Translations under genes and position numbers: made by a program
Notes under the pieces: generated by a model
What the model saw: only the letters and a program-made list of their open reading frames with translations
Told to the model about the DNA's origin: nothing
Databases searched by the model: none
Shown: positions 1 through 40,835 of the stretch, one piece after another
How the letters are laid out: every line of letters begins with the position of its first letter
Position numbering within the stretch: the stretch's first letter is position 1
From: Macrostomum lignano
Taxonomy: Eukaryota
Length of the DNA: 64,000 bases
Direction: 5' to 3'
Assembly (NCBI GenBank): GCA_002269645.1
Contig: NIVC01002204.1
Location: forward strand, 129,371 to 193,370

Positions 1-30
1 TTCGCTAAAAATGTAGTGCAAATTTAATGT

Positions 31-493
31 AATGAAATGACAGGTATTGAAATGAAAGGTAATGAAATGAAAGGTAATGAAATGACAGCTAATGAAATGA
101 CAGCTAATGAAATGACAGCTAATGAAATGACAGCTAATGAAATGACAGCTAATGAAATGACAGCTAATGAAATGACAGCTAATGAAATGACAGCTAATGA
201 AATGACAGCTAATGAAATGACAGCTAATGAAATGACAGCTAATGAAATGACAGCTAATGAAATGACAGCTAATGAAATGACAGCTAATGAAATGACAGCT
301 AATGAAATGACAGCTAATGAAATGACAGCTAATGAAATGACAGCTAATGAAATGACAGCTAATGAAATGAAAGGTAATGAAATGACAGGTAATGAAATGA
401 CAGGTAATGAAACGACAGGTAATGAAATGAAAGCTAATGAAATGACAGGTAATGAAATGACAGGTAATGAACTGACAGGCAGTGAAATGTCAG
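31..493. repeat. 15-bp minisatellite (AATGAAATGACAGCT)n, ~30 copies, NALCN intron 7
   Basis: direct inspection. Confidence 0.95.
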
Positions 494-1039
494 ACTCCCG
501 TAGCCAATGAGTGGTCAATATTGCACATATCATTATATCTTTTGGTTAAAGCTTATTTATCACAAAAAACGCACGAGTCACGTGCATTTAAAATCAAGCA
601 GCTTAATGCCTACCGCCGCTCTAGAGAGTGAGAGACGAGATTCTATCGCTGCAGCGGCTAAGTGCACTTCTTATACTCGGTATAGTTAGCCAGCATTTTT
701 CTCTAGCTAGAGCTCATCAATACTCCTTTCTCTCATCCCAATTCAGATCTCCCTTCACTGCTAGCCATTCGCTAATATAAGCCACTGCCGTTTAGGGAGA
801 GAAAAAAAGTACTTTAAAAGCAAGTATTACTATTCTAACCGTTTTATATATTACTATGGTGCGAATTAGGGCGCAGGAATCTATAAGACCTTTACTCTAT
901 ATAGTGGCACTTTATATTAGCTTGAACATTTTTTTACATAGCAACAGTATAGTCTATCCGTAATGTATATAGATCTGTTTTCTATCCGGCTACAGCAACT
1001 ACTCTATCTCATCTATACTTTGGAACCTACTCTCCCACC

Positions 1040-1420
1040 TTTACTGACACACTCTCTCCCAGCCATCTCTCCCACCTTCCCTTACAACATCCTCCATCCT
1101 CTCATCCTCTCTTCTACCCTCCCTAACACCCTCTCTTCTACCCTCCCTCTCACCCTCTCTTCTACCCTCCCTCTCACCCTCTCTTCTACCCTCCCTCTCA
1201 CCCTCTCTTCTACCCTCCCTCTCACCCTCTCTTCTACCCTCCCTCTCACCCCTCTCTTCTACCCTCCCTCTCACCCCTCTTCTACCCTCCCTCATTCTCT
1301 CTTCTACCCTCCCTCTCACCCCTCTTCTACCCTCCCTCTCACCCCTCTTCTACCCTCCCTCTCACCCTCTCTTCTACCCTCCCTCTCACCCTCTTTTCTA
1401 CCCCCTGTACACCCTCAATC
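1040..1420. repeat. ~24-bp pyrimidine-rich minisatellite (CTCTCTTCTACCCTCCCTCTCACC)n
   Basis: direct inspection; LSSTLPLT periodicity in the ORF track. Confidence 0.9.
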
Positions 1421-1484
1421 TACTCTCCACTTCTACACATAATAATCGCATTTTCTGTCGGAACCCAAACAGCCAATTAACTCA

Positions 1485-15930
<14,446 letters not shown>

Positions 15931-16153
15931 TTTAGTCTATTAATTAAAAAAATGCAAAACTGTTCAAGGCTTAAGCGCCTGCTTGAGGGATTTTTGGATT
16001 TTTGCTGAACCCTTAGACTCGAGTTTTGATTGATTGATTAGCTGAAAACACAAGTATTGGAGGCTTAGTTATTGTAAAAAGTGCATATAAATAACACCAT
16101 ACTATCAAATGGAAAGATGTTGTCATTGCTCAACTTTAAATATAAAATTTTAA

Positions 16154-19100
16154 ACTTTGCAGCGATAGTGTAGTCTAAGTGCCTGAATAATATTTGACTT
16201 TGCAGTGATAGTGTAGTCTAAGTGCCTGAATAATATTTGACTTTGCAGCGATAGTGTAGTCTAAGTGCCTGAATAATATTTGACTTTGCAGTGATAGTGT
16301 AGTCTAAGTGCCTGAATAATATTTGACTTTGCAGTGATAGTGTAGTCTAAGTGCCTGAATAATATTTGACTTTGCAGTGATAGTGTAGTCTAAGTGCCTG
16401 AATAATATTTGACTTTGCAGTGATAGTGTAGTCTAAGTGCCTGAATAATATTTGACTTTGCAGTGATAGTGTAGTCTAAGTGCCTGAATAATATTTGACT
16501 TTGCAGTGATAGTGTAGTCTAAGTGCCTGAATAATATTTGACTTTGCAGTGATAGTGTAGTCTAAGTGCCTGAATAATATTTGACTTTGCAGTGATAGTG
16601 TAGTCTAAGTGCCTGAATAATATTTGACTTTGCAGTGATAGTGTAGTCTAAGTGCCTGAATAATATTTGACTTTGCAGTGATAGTGTAGTCTAAGTGCCT
16701 GAATAATATTTGACTTTGCAGTGATAGTGTAGTCTAAGTGCCTGAATAATATTTGACTTTGCAGTGATAGTGTAGTCTAAGTGCCTGAATAATATTTGAC
16801 TTTGCAGTGATAGTGTAGTCTAAGTGCCTGAATAATATTTGACTTTGCAGTGATAGTGTAGTCTAAGTGCCTGAATAATATTTGACTTTGCAGTGATAGT
16901 GTAGTCTAAGTGCCTGAATAATATTTGACTTTGCAGTGATAGTGTAGTCTAAGTGCCTGAATAATATTTGACTTTGCAGTGATAGTGTAGTCTAAGTGCC
17001 TGAATAATATTTGACTTTGCAGTGATAGTGTAGTCTAAGTGCCTGAATAATATTTGACTTTGCAGTGATAGTGTAGTCTAAGTGCCTGAATAATATTTGA
17101 CTTTGCAGTGATAGTGTAGTCTAAGTGCCTGAATAATATTTGACTTTGCAGTGATAGTGTAGTCTAAGTGCCTGAATAATATTTGACTTTGCAGTGATAG
17201 TGTAGTCTAAGTGCCTGAATAATATTTGACTTTGCAGTGATAGTGTAGTCTAAGTGCCTGAATAATATTTGACTTTGCAGTGATAGTGTAGTCTAAGTGC
17301 CTGAATAATATTTGACTTTGCAGTGATAGTGTAGTCTAAGTGCCTGAATAATATTTGACTTTGCAGTGATAGTGTAGTCTAAGTGCCTGAATAATATTTG
17401 ACTTTGCAGTGATAGTGTAGTCTAAGTGCCTGAATAATATTTGACTTTGCAGTGATAGTGTAGTCTAAGTGCCTGAATAATATTTGACTTTGCAGTGATA
17501 GTGTAGTCTAAGTGCCTGAATAATATTTGACTTTGCAGTGATAGTGTAGTCTAAGTGCCTGAATAATATTTGACTTTGCAGTGATAGTGTAGTCTAAGTG
17601 CCTGAATAATATTTGACTTTGCAGTGATAGTGTAGTCTAAGTGCCTGAATAATATTTGACTTTGCAGTGATAGTGTAGTCTAAGTGCCTGAATAATATTT
17701 GACTTTGCAGTGATAGTGTAGTCTAAGTGCCTGAATAATATTTGACTTTGCAGTGATAGTGTAGTCTAAGTGCCTGAATAATATTTGACTTTGCAGTGAT
17801 AGTGTAGTCTAAGTGCCTGAATAATATTTGACTTTGCAGTGATAGTGTAGTCTAAGTGCCTGAATAATATTTGACTTTGCAGTGATAGTGTAGTCTAAGT
17901 GCCTGAATAATATTTGACTTTGCAGTGATAGTGTAGTCTAAGTGCCTGAATAATATTTGACTTTGCAGTGATAGTGTAGTCTAAGTGCCTGAATAATATT
18001 TGACTTTGCAGTGATAGTGTAGTCTAAGTGCCTGAATAATATTTGACTTTGCAGTGATAGTGTAGTCTAAGTGCCTGAATAATATTTGACTTTGCAGTGA
18101 TAGTGTAGTCTAAGTGCCTGAATAATATTTGACTTTGCAGCGATAGTGTAGTCTAAGTGCCTGAATAATATTTGACTTTGCAGTGATAGTGTAGTCTAAG
18201 TGCCTGAATAATATTTGACTTTGCAGTGATAGTGTAGTCTAAGTGCCTGAATAATATTTGACTTTGCAGTGATAGTGTAGTCTAAGTGCCTGAATAATAT
18301 TTGACTTTGCAGTGATAGTGTAGTCTAAGTGCCTGAATAATATTTGACTTTGCAGTGATAGTGTAGTCTAAGTGCCTGAATAATATTTGACTTTGCAGTG
18401 ATAGTGTAGTCTAAGTGCCTGAATAATATTTGACTTTGCAGTGATAGTGAAGTCTAAGTGCCTGAATAATATTTGACTTTGCAGTGATAGTGTAGTCTAA
18501 GTGCCTGAATAATATTTGACTTTGCAGTGATAGTGTAGTCTAAGTGCCTGAATAATATTTGACTTTGCAGTGATAGTGTAGTCTAAGTGCCTGAATAATA
18601 TTTGACTTTGCAGTGATAGTGTAGTCTAAGTGCCTGAATAATATTTGACTTTGCAGTGATAGTGTAGTCTAAGTGCCTGAATAATATTTGACTTTGCAGT
18701 GATAGTGTAGTCTAAGTGCCTGAATAATATTTGACTTTGCAGTGATAGTGTAGTCTAAGTGCCTGAATAATATTTGACTTTGCAGTGATAGTGTAGTCTA
18801 AGTGCCTGAATAATATTTGACTTTGCAGTGATAGTGTAGTCTAAGTGCCTGAATAATATTTGACTTTGCAGTGATAGTGTAGTCTAAGTGCCTGAATAAT
18901 ATTTGACTTTGCAGTGATAGTGTAGTCTAAGTGCCTGAATAATATTTGACTTTGCAGCGATAGTGTAGTCTAAGTGCCTGAATAATATTTGACTTTGCAG
19001 TGATAGTGTAGTCTAAGTGCCTGAATAATATTTGACTTTGCAGTGATAGTGTAGTCTAAGTGCCTGAATAATATTTGACTTTGCAGTGATAGTGTAGTCT

Positions 19101-19980
19101 AAGTGCCTGAATAATATTTGACTTTGCAGTGATAGTGTAGTCTAAGTGCCTGAATAATATTTGACTTTGCAGTGATAGTGTAGTCTAAGTGCCTGAATAA
19201 TATTTGACTTTGCAGTGATAGTGTAGTCTAAGTGCCTGAATAATATTTGACTTTGCAGTGATAGTGTAGTCTAAGTGCCTGAATAATATTTGACTTTGCA
19301 GTGATAGTGTAGTCTAAGTGCCTGAATAATATTTGACTTTGCAGTGATAGTGTAGTCTAAGTGCCTGAATAATATTTGACTTTGCAGTGATAGTGTAGTC
19401 TAAGTGCCTGAATAATATTTGACTTTGCAGTGATAGTGTAGTCTAAGTGCCTGAATAATATTTGACTTTGCAGCGATAGTGTAGTCTAAGTGCCTGAATA
19501 ATATTTGACTTTGCAGCGATAGTGTAGTCTAAGTGCCTGAATAATATTTGACTTTGCAGTGATAGTGTAGTCTAAGTGCCTGAATAATATTTGACTTTGC
19601 AGTGATAGTGTAGTCTAAGTGCCTGAATAATATTTGACTTTGCAGTGATAGTGTAGTCTAAGTGCCTGAATAATATTTGACTTTGCAGTGATAGTGTAGT
19701 CTAAGTGCCTGAATAATATTTGACTTTGCAGTGATAGTGTAGTCTAAGTGCCTGAATAATATTTGACTTTGCAGTGATAGTGTAGTCTAAGTGCCTGAAT
19801 AATATTTGACTTTGCAGTGATAGTGTAGTCTAAGTGCCTGAATAATATTTGACTTTGCAGTGATAGTGTAGTCTAAGTGCCTGAATATTATTTGACTTTG
19901 CTGTGATAGTGTAGTCTAAGTGCCTGAATATTATTTGACTTTGCTGTGATAGTGTAGTCTAAGTGCCTGAATAATATTTT
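16154..19980. repeat. 43-bp tandem array, ~89 near-identical copies (CTTTGCAGTGATAGTGTAGTCTAAGTGCCTGAATAATATTTGA)n
   Basis: Period confirmed: 17101 and 19681 are in the same phase (2580 = 60 x 43). Confidence 0.98.
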
Positions 19981-20894
19981 GATGTCAATTTCTACTTCTA
20001 GTCAGAACCTTTGCAGATACAAGGTGCATTCCTTCTTGCAATGGTATTTGGTTTTTTAATGAGGCTTCTGCTGCTTACAATAGGAACCTGATAAGACAAC
20101 TGCAAAAATTTTTTATTATTAAATTTTTATTTATAAGGGTTGAAAACCCCATGCTAATAGTTGAGGATAGTGATTAAAATCTGGTTTTAGGTAACAAATT
20201 ACATAATATATGAAAAATACAAATTAAAAATGGACAATGGAAGGACTAAATAAGTAGCAAGTAAAAGTAGTACATTGGAAAATTTGAGAGATAGCATGAC
20301 CTTGTTGAGTTTGTAATTTCTATCATAATAGTAAAATGTTATATAAATTATTGTAATTATAGTATTTTTATATTTATTTTTAGGTCACTAGATTTTAGAT
20401 AAGGTTTTAGAATTATTGCCCATTATACAAAGCTTTTTATCATAACTAATAGTCCATGTTCTGTTTGCTACTTTTTGTTATAGATTTTCTATTATTATTT
20501 ATGCTATATTATATACTGTTTTTGCTTTTTGTCTTTTTTGTTTTTTTGTCTTTTTTTGTTTTTTTGTCTTTATTTTTTAATGAATTTTGCAACTTAGGCC
20601 TATTTTTTTGTTTACCCCAATTTATATTTCTGGCTAGATCAACTAGGTTATCTAGCAATAAAATATATGATATATGTTTATATAGAATAGCAATAATGCA
20701 GATTGCAGAATATGCTACTTTTTATACTTTAACCTTAGGCATTTCTCTAATTAGAATTGTGCAAATTATGTATGAGCTTACTATATTATATTGCCAACAT
20801 CTAATTTTATAATACCTTAGAAATATTAATATATTCTATATTCTGTTTACAAAAATTTGGTGCATAAGTGCTTACAAACTTATACAAATGTCAG

Positions 20895-21200
20895 GCTGTA
20901 GGGTTAGTGTTAGGGTTGGTATTAGCCAGGGTTTAGATTTAGTGTTACATGTAGCTTCAGGGTATAGCGTTAAGATTTGGCTTAGGGCTAGGGTTAGGGT
21001 AGCTTACAACTTAGCTTATGTAGCTTATCAAAAATGTTTATCATAGAAGCATCATGCAAAAATAATGGAAGCATCATGCAGAAAACCATGGAAGCATCAT
21101 GCAAACAAAAATGGAAGCGTCGTGCAAAAAATCATGGAAGCACAAAAACTTGTGAACAAAATATTAAATTAAGGGTTATGGTTAGGGTTAGGGTTAGAAG
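20895..21200. repeat. Degenerate TTAGGG-like tract plus short GGAAGCATCATGCA repeats
   Basis: ggttagggttagggttag at ~21181; 4-5 copies of ggaagcatcatgca. Confidence 0.7.
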
Positions 21201-24200
21201 TTTGACAGGATATTTTTTTAAGATTTCAAGGCTTAGCTACATGTGGCTTATTAAAAAACGTGTATTGCATTTCTTTTGCTCCCCAATGGGGGCAAAGATT
21301 GCTAGTAGCTATTCTAAAAAACTATTTATTAATTTTATTACTTATTATTATAGTGATTTTTAATATTCTAGAACTCTAAAAAAGCTTAGGGGCCTACTAA
21401 ATCAAACAAAAAGTTAAAATGCAAGAATGGACTCTTGAAATGCTAAAGGTCATTTTATTTTTTTAACAATGAGAAAATAATTTTACAAATGATTCCATAG
21501 GATAGCCCTTAGTTCATAGTAATAGGCATGGATTACAGTTGTTTTGGTGGCAATCTTTTAGTAACAAGCAAAAGTCATTTCAGTGACAAGAAAAAATATC
21601 ATTTTAATGATAGCCATTTTGTTTTTAAACAGAAAATTAGCTAGCAAATCTTAAGGGATTTTGTTTAGCTGAAAACACAGCTAAAATTAAAGTTTAAATA
21701 AACCTAAGGCTAAGCCTAAAGTTCTTTAATTTTTTGAAAAGGTTAAGTTTTGCTTTATTTAATTTTGTTTATTTACAATTACAAAGTTGCAGTCTTTTGA
21801 ATTGTTTTTTAATCCAAATGTGTAATGTCAATTTATACTTTTCTTGTGGTTGGCATTTCATGAGGATTCTCTATATAGGCTTATGGTTTATATGTCTGGA
21901 AACTCCAGGACAATTCAAAACAATCTATATAGGAAGAAAACAATATAATTACTTTTATTTGTTTTTTTTAAATATATTAATCTTTTGACAAAACATCTTT
22001 TGACAACAATCATTATATCTTAATTTTTCATTAAAAATGCAGTGTGTCTATCATAAAAGCAACTTGTCACTAAAACAACTATTTGTCACCAAAAGTCTGT
22101 CACCAAAATGACTTGTCATTGAAACAAATAGTATCCATAGGACCATAGGCATCAACTAGGCCTAAAAAATATGGCTTGTTAGATTAAGCCTATTAATTTC
22201 CTATTCATTAAAGCATTAAATAATAGGCCTATATGATTGATACTGGATTATAACTCTGATTAAGGCCTATTATACCAAATTTAAAAATGAATTTTGACAA
22301 ACTTTAATTTATATTTAAATTTAGTTTATTCAGGCTAGGCCTATCAAATCTAACTTCAAATAGGCCTTATAACAACCAGCTAGCAATAGATTAGGTTGTG
22401 TTGAATAAAAAATCCTAGCTAATATTATAATAAACACCATTCTTTACAATGGCCTACTTGTATAGGCTCTAAGTTAGATTGAATTGTGAATTTAATTTAT
22501 AAAATAGGCCTTAGAAACTTTGTAAAAGATGCTTCTAGTCTAGACATATAAAATAAAACATTTAATGTTACTAATTAAACATTACTAATGGTCTTTCATA
22601 CAGCTACAAGTATGATTGTCAATCAATCAAAACAATAAGAATTAGGCCCTAGGCATTTAAAGTCTCATAACAGTCAACACCAAATTCTTTGGACTATGGG
22701 GTCTGTATGCATGTGTTAATTAATGTAATAGGCCCTAAGATAATTTATACACAGTCGCAGAGTAACACCGCCGGGTCCAAGCTAATCATGTCAATGACAA
22801 TGTAATTTGCATAGGGATTTATTTAAGTTGAAGTTTATAATAACCAGGACGTTGTAATAATGACGCTGATGACACTTTTCTAATTTTCTTAGACCTTATC
22901 AGGTATTATTTTAAATTTTCCTGTCAGTACCATCAGTATCGGATAGCTGTACTAAATTTTCATAATAGTTTATCCATCGTAAAATGTCTGAAATCTGGTC
23001 GACGACTCGAACCCTGCTAAGGTTTGCATGTTTTTGTTTCTCTGAAATTTTACCACTTCAAAATAGTAAAAAGTTAAAATATAACGAGGACACGTTAATT
23101 GCTTCACGTATATTGTATTTACCTTCGCAATAACAGCTTTTTTTGCTGATCCGATCGTTGTTAGATGATCCGTATTTTGTATCTATATTTCTACGTTGGT
23201 TTACTGGTATTATTGGCTTACCGTAATCATGCTTTCCATAGCTGTGCAATGCTCCTTATAGCAAATGAAATAATTTCTAACGCTCGATATACAATGTGTG
23301 TTTACAGGAACAACTTACAGTGTAATACTCTATTAGCAACAAGAAGTTGGAGGAGGGATATATATCTCTCGTACCCAAGGACGACTAGCTACTTCGGTAA
23401 AAATTTCTCATTGTTTTACTTTTACTTCACTTCTAACTATTGCATGTACAATATTAATTATTATATTAATCAGTACGTGTACATGTGCATACATCCTGCA
23501 TCTCGTCACTAGTATATATGTAACTGTACAAGTACTCGTGAGCTAGCCAGTAAAGTTATAGGAAACTCGAAAATCATGAAAATTTCCCTGGAGCTGATGG
23601 CAGGTCTTTGCTGCGATCAAATGCTCTGCTGTACATGTACTTATAATGAGATTGGAATTACTGTACATGTAGTATTGACTTTTTATAACCCATTGATGTA
23701 CGCCCAAGGACTACAATTAAGACTAAGACTAAGGACTACTTAAACCCAAGGGGTTTAACGAAATGACTTCAGTGGTCCTTGTGACGCCTTGCCACCTTCT
23801 GGGACTGTAATTTGAATGGTCAGCAGCTGTGTTTCGTTTACAGGTGCCCCTCACAATTTTGTCGAGATTAAGTGTAAAGTGTTTTACTGTGCAGCGCGAT
23901 AATTGTGCTCAAAGTACAGCAGCAATTTCTAAACGGGCGAGTTTCCCAAAGATGATGTCGAGCTTTCTGGCTTTAAGTGAAATGGTTTTGACTAAGCTTG
24001 GTCGATGTGTATAGTTTATGTATGGTTTTTGAGAAAATTTCGTCAATGGAAAATACATCATAAGATACAGGATCGATTGAGCAACTGAAATATTAATAGA
24101 TGAACTTTTAAATTATTGTCGGTCTGCGCGGTGCTATTTCAGAAAAAATAGCTACTACGAGCGTACATGTATATATACATAACCTAGCTTGCATCTTGAA

Positions 24201-26173
24201 CGAAATACTACTGCTGTACCTATATATGCATTTCATTCAAAATATATTTGTCTCGCATTTGGAAGAGTTTAGAAGGTGAGCCTTTGTCGCCAGGAAAACT
24301 GGTCTTCTACAAAATTTGCACGATTAGGTAGCGAGTGTCCGTATAAAGCATCCTTCTCTTGTACTTTTAGTTGTCTGTGCATGAACAACATGTACACATA
24401 CAATTGTCGGGGGATTATTACACATGTATAGTCATTTTTGACATGCATGCAGATGTACATCAACGCTGTATACACAGAAGGGTGACTTCAAGGATCTTTT
24501 ACTCGCCATGTACAGCTTAAGCATTCATCTACTAGTAGAAAATAATGTAATGTTAAATCTATGTCAAATACGTTCAACACATGCACAGGCATATTTGGTC
24601 AAGCTGCAGCTACATATAGTAATGCATTCTTTGCCAATGGAAAATGAGCGGTTGCTATGTTATACACACGAAGACCCTTTGACAGAGGGAACTGTCAAAT
24701 CAGTTCGAATTGATTTTATAAGTGGCACAAAATGATCGAGCGGGTATATTTTGAAGTGTTGCCATTTTTATTATAACATTATGAAAGGAGGCTATTGCAG
24801 TGTAGTATAGGCATAATATGCGTCTGCTACAGATGGATAAATCGTATCACTATATTGATGAGCTTTTTTCAGTTGGGAATGAGGAACAGCAGAAAAAAAC
24901 TGAGGATACACAGAAACAAAAAACAAATTAGGGATGGCTACTTTGAAGGCAGTTGAGTTTCACACAACTAGACAAACTAATAAATTGAACTCGAAAATAT
25001 GGCATTTAAACAATAATGCATGTTATAATAAAATATAGCATGCCTTAACGTTAAACGACTTAGAATTGCATGGCACATGCGCATGCAATCCCGTTTATGC
25101 ATGTGTATGGTGACACTTAGGCTACTTACAAGTAGTATACTATAAAATATATTGCAGAAGACTCAAAAAAGATAAGCGCTCAAAACAAGAGAAATTAGCT
25201 ATATTTCATTTGCAGCATTATTCGAAACTTGGACAGAACGTTAATTTATAGAACGGCGTTTAACATTGTCATAAATGAAGCTACTTGACCTGCTGGATTC
25301 CATCATATTGACACAATAAAGCGTATTAGCACAATTTTGTTCGGAAAATTTCTATATTCAACAAAGCAAGTAGTAGGAATTGAATAGAAATATTAGACTA
25401 CAAAGTAACGAGAATGTAGTTAACAGATTAGAAAGATTAGAAATAAGAATTCATAATTATTTTAGTCATTGTTTCTTGGCGCCTTCTGCCTGCTTTTGGA
25501 ACTGGCTAGAAGAAGCACACTGGAAACTACTATATTGCAAAGCAGAACAAAAAGCAGTTAACAAAACACAACAGGATAAAAATACACAAAACTTAGCATG
25601 AAGCAGGAAATAACACGATTGTAATGTTTATGCAACAGAATTCAAAGTAATATGCATAAGTAGTATATATTCATAATTTAACCAACTCAAGTTTGGTCAC
25701 TGTGAAGAAGCCATGCAAGGGGAAAAACAATTCATACGCCACTAAAGCGTACGACTTGCGTAAACTACAAATAGGCAAGAGCGGAGAATACAAAGTGCAT
25801 ATTCTCTTATTCGGAAATTATAAAAAACGGAAACAAAGCAAAAACAGAAAAAAACAAACTCAATTAAACACTCAAAAAGAACAAGTGAGTAACTTGAAAC
25901 CACAAAAACTGCTGATGACAAAAATATGAACCATACGAGCGTAACAATTGATAAGCATCCATAAAATAATATAGAAAAATTGATTACACATAGTACTAAT
26001 AGTATTAACAGTAGTTAATAGCAATAATATAATGCAAACACACGATGAAGCTACACAGCGCTTTAGAAAAAGGGAAAACACACAATTTCGGTAAAACATG
26101 TTCATCTTGAAACCGCATGGCACTACTTCTCAGTAGGCGATGAACGACTATTCTCAGTTTTTTTTACTCCAGC

Positions 26174-38809
<12,636 letters not shown>

Positions 38810-40524
38810 TTGCTCGTCCGGTCCTTTTTAATTCGTTCTTGGCGTTACCTAAGCGCGCCCACCGATAGCGGGAGTGGAGGAGAGGAGAGAGAAGAGAAAT
38901 TAGTTGCTTGCGTCTGTAGTTTAGTTAGAGCGGCGGCGTTGGGGTTGCCGTCATTCTCTCGTGATTTTCGACTGCGGCTTTGCAAGGTGGAAGCGGTGCA
39001 TGGGGGGCCCAGTGTGTTTGTTATTTGGGCCAATGGGGTTTGGACGGGAAGTTTAGAGGGAGAGGGGGGCACACGGAGGGTCGTGTGGTTGGCCTTATCG
39101 CTTTTAAGAAAATGGGTGGGGGGTCTCTCCGAAGATAAGATAACGCGACGAAACTGTAAACAGGGAATGAAGCGAGTTGAGCGTAACTTATTCTGAGTAA
39201 AGTGGAGATGAAGGGGAGCTAGAGTTAATGCTAAGCTCATAATTCCAAAGCTCAGTTGGGGCTTAGGCTTACATACAAAAAATAACAGCGCTTTCAATGC
39301 TGCTATAAAATTTAAGTAATTTCTCTGGGAAAGTTTAAATTGAAATCAAAACTATTGAAATCAGCTGTAGATAGCAGAATTTATGTCTCTTAAAATCGAT
39401 AATCTGTTGTGGAAAATATGGAACGGGTAAGGCCATGGACCACGGTATGCAAAGCGAACAAATATACATTACAATGCTATAATTTAATGCTTACCAGATT
39501 AGCAATATTGACTGTCCTTACTCTAACTCGTTTGCGACTATCTAAAATAAAAAATACCGAGCTTTGATTATTCAATCTGTTATGATTTTTCAGGGCGAAA
39601 CTTAATAATAAGGACTAAGTCTGGAATTTGGATTATGTAAGATTTTTTAAGCTAAGACCGTGTACGCTCGTGCCAGACAAACGAAAATCTCTAGTATGCA
39701 GTGATCGATGCGTAGCTTTCAAAGCTTTTGTTAAGCTTATAATCGCCTCTCAGTCTCGCTTCATTCTTACGCTTGAAATGTTTTTCATCCCCTCCCCTTG
39801 CGTAGTCTTTTCTGATTGGTTCGCTGACCCTGGTCATAGACTAACAATCAGCTGGGGGGGGGGGTGGATGTGATGTGTGAACCGATTTTAAACTGGGGCT
39901 TGGTCAGTTCATTAACCGCTGGGCGCTACTGTCTTGGACAGATTGAACATAAGGGAAATGGGGTGGTGGGGCCACATAAAGGCTAGAATTTTATCGATTT
40001 TTCAAAAGCGAAAGCTAGGCTATAGTCGTATAGAGTAAACTAAAGTATAAAAGAAAAGAGACTGACAGGCACCAGGCGCAAGGGGCTATATCAGATAAAA
40101 ATGGGCATGCATGAGTGCAGAAGGGGAACTATTATGATTGTGACAACGATTAGCTGATAAGCTTTAGATAGGTCTTATTTGTTTTAATTTTAATTGCCAA
40201 CGTTTGCCCCTGTGCTGCCTGAATCTAAATTGAACCCTGTCCCCTGTGGCTGTTAGGCGCCCACCCGATGTCCTGTTCTACCCAGGTTCAATCAGTACCT
40301 CAGGCCATAGCTCGTAAGCTTATCATTCCCCAGGTTACATCACAATCAAGTGTGAGTTTCCTGGGCTGATACTGGCATGTAAAAAAGCACGTCTATTACG
40401 CCAGTCCGTACATCACTCCAATTCAGAGCTCACTATCAGTTTCTTGTTAGCAAAATATTTTATTCTGTTCTACTACATTATCATTGAAAGCTCTTTAAAA
40501 TCAGGTTAGATGGCTTCGTAAATC

Positions 40525-40835
40525 AAAATTCCCGGGATCCCGGATCCCGCGCAAAAACCCGGGATTAAAAAAGTTTCTAATCTTTTTTTGGGTGCAATTT
40601 TGATTTACGAAGCTATCTAATCTGATTTTAATTGGCAAAAATCCCGATCCCAAGAATCCCGGGATTTTCGTAGTCTATATGATATCCTGATCCCGAGAAT
40701 CCCGGGATTTTCGAAGTCTATATGATATCCCGATCCCAAGAATCCCGGGATTTTCGAAGTCTATATGATATCCCGATCCCAAGAATCCTGGAATTTTCGA
40801 AGTCCATGATATTCCGATTCCGAGAATCCCGGGAT
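40525..40835. repeat. AATCCCGGGAT-rich element with a short internal tandem repeat, probably a DNA-transposon remnant
   Basis: GATCCC(A/G)AGAATCCCGGGATTTTCG block repeated ~4 times; matching termini not found. Confidence 0.6.

Noticed and set aside
500-830. Next NALCN exon in the unique DNA at 500-830
   Set aside because: Every candidate acceptor (including the strong one at ~785) gives an in-frame stop before any donor in the required phase 2; the next exon probably lies left of the window.
16154-19980. 43-bp array as a CRISPR array
   Set aside because: Head-to-tail identical units with no unique spacers, no cas genes, and a eukaryotic context.
23004-23013. Perfect Pol III B-box (GGTTCGAGTC, minus strand) suggesting a tRNA or SINE
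   Set aside because: No T-stem pairing, no A-box at a suitable distance, no cloverleaf.
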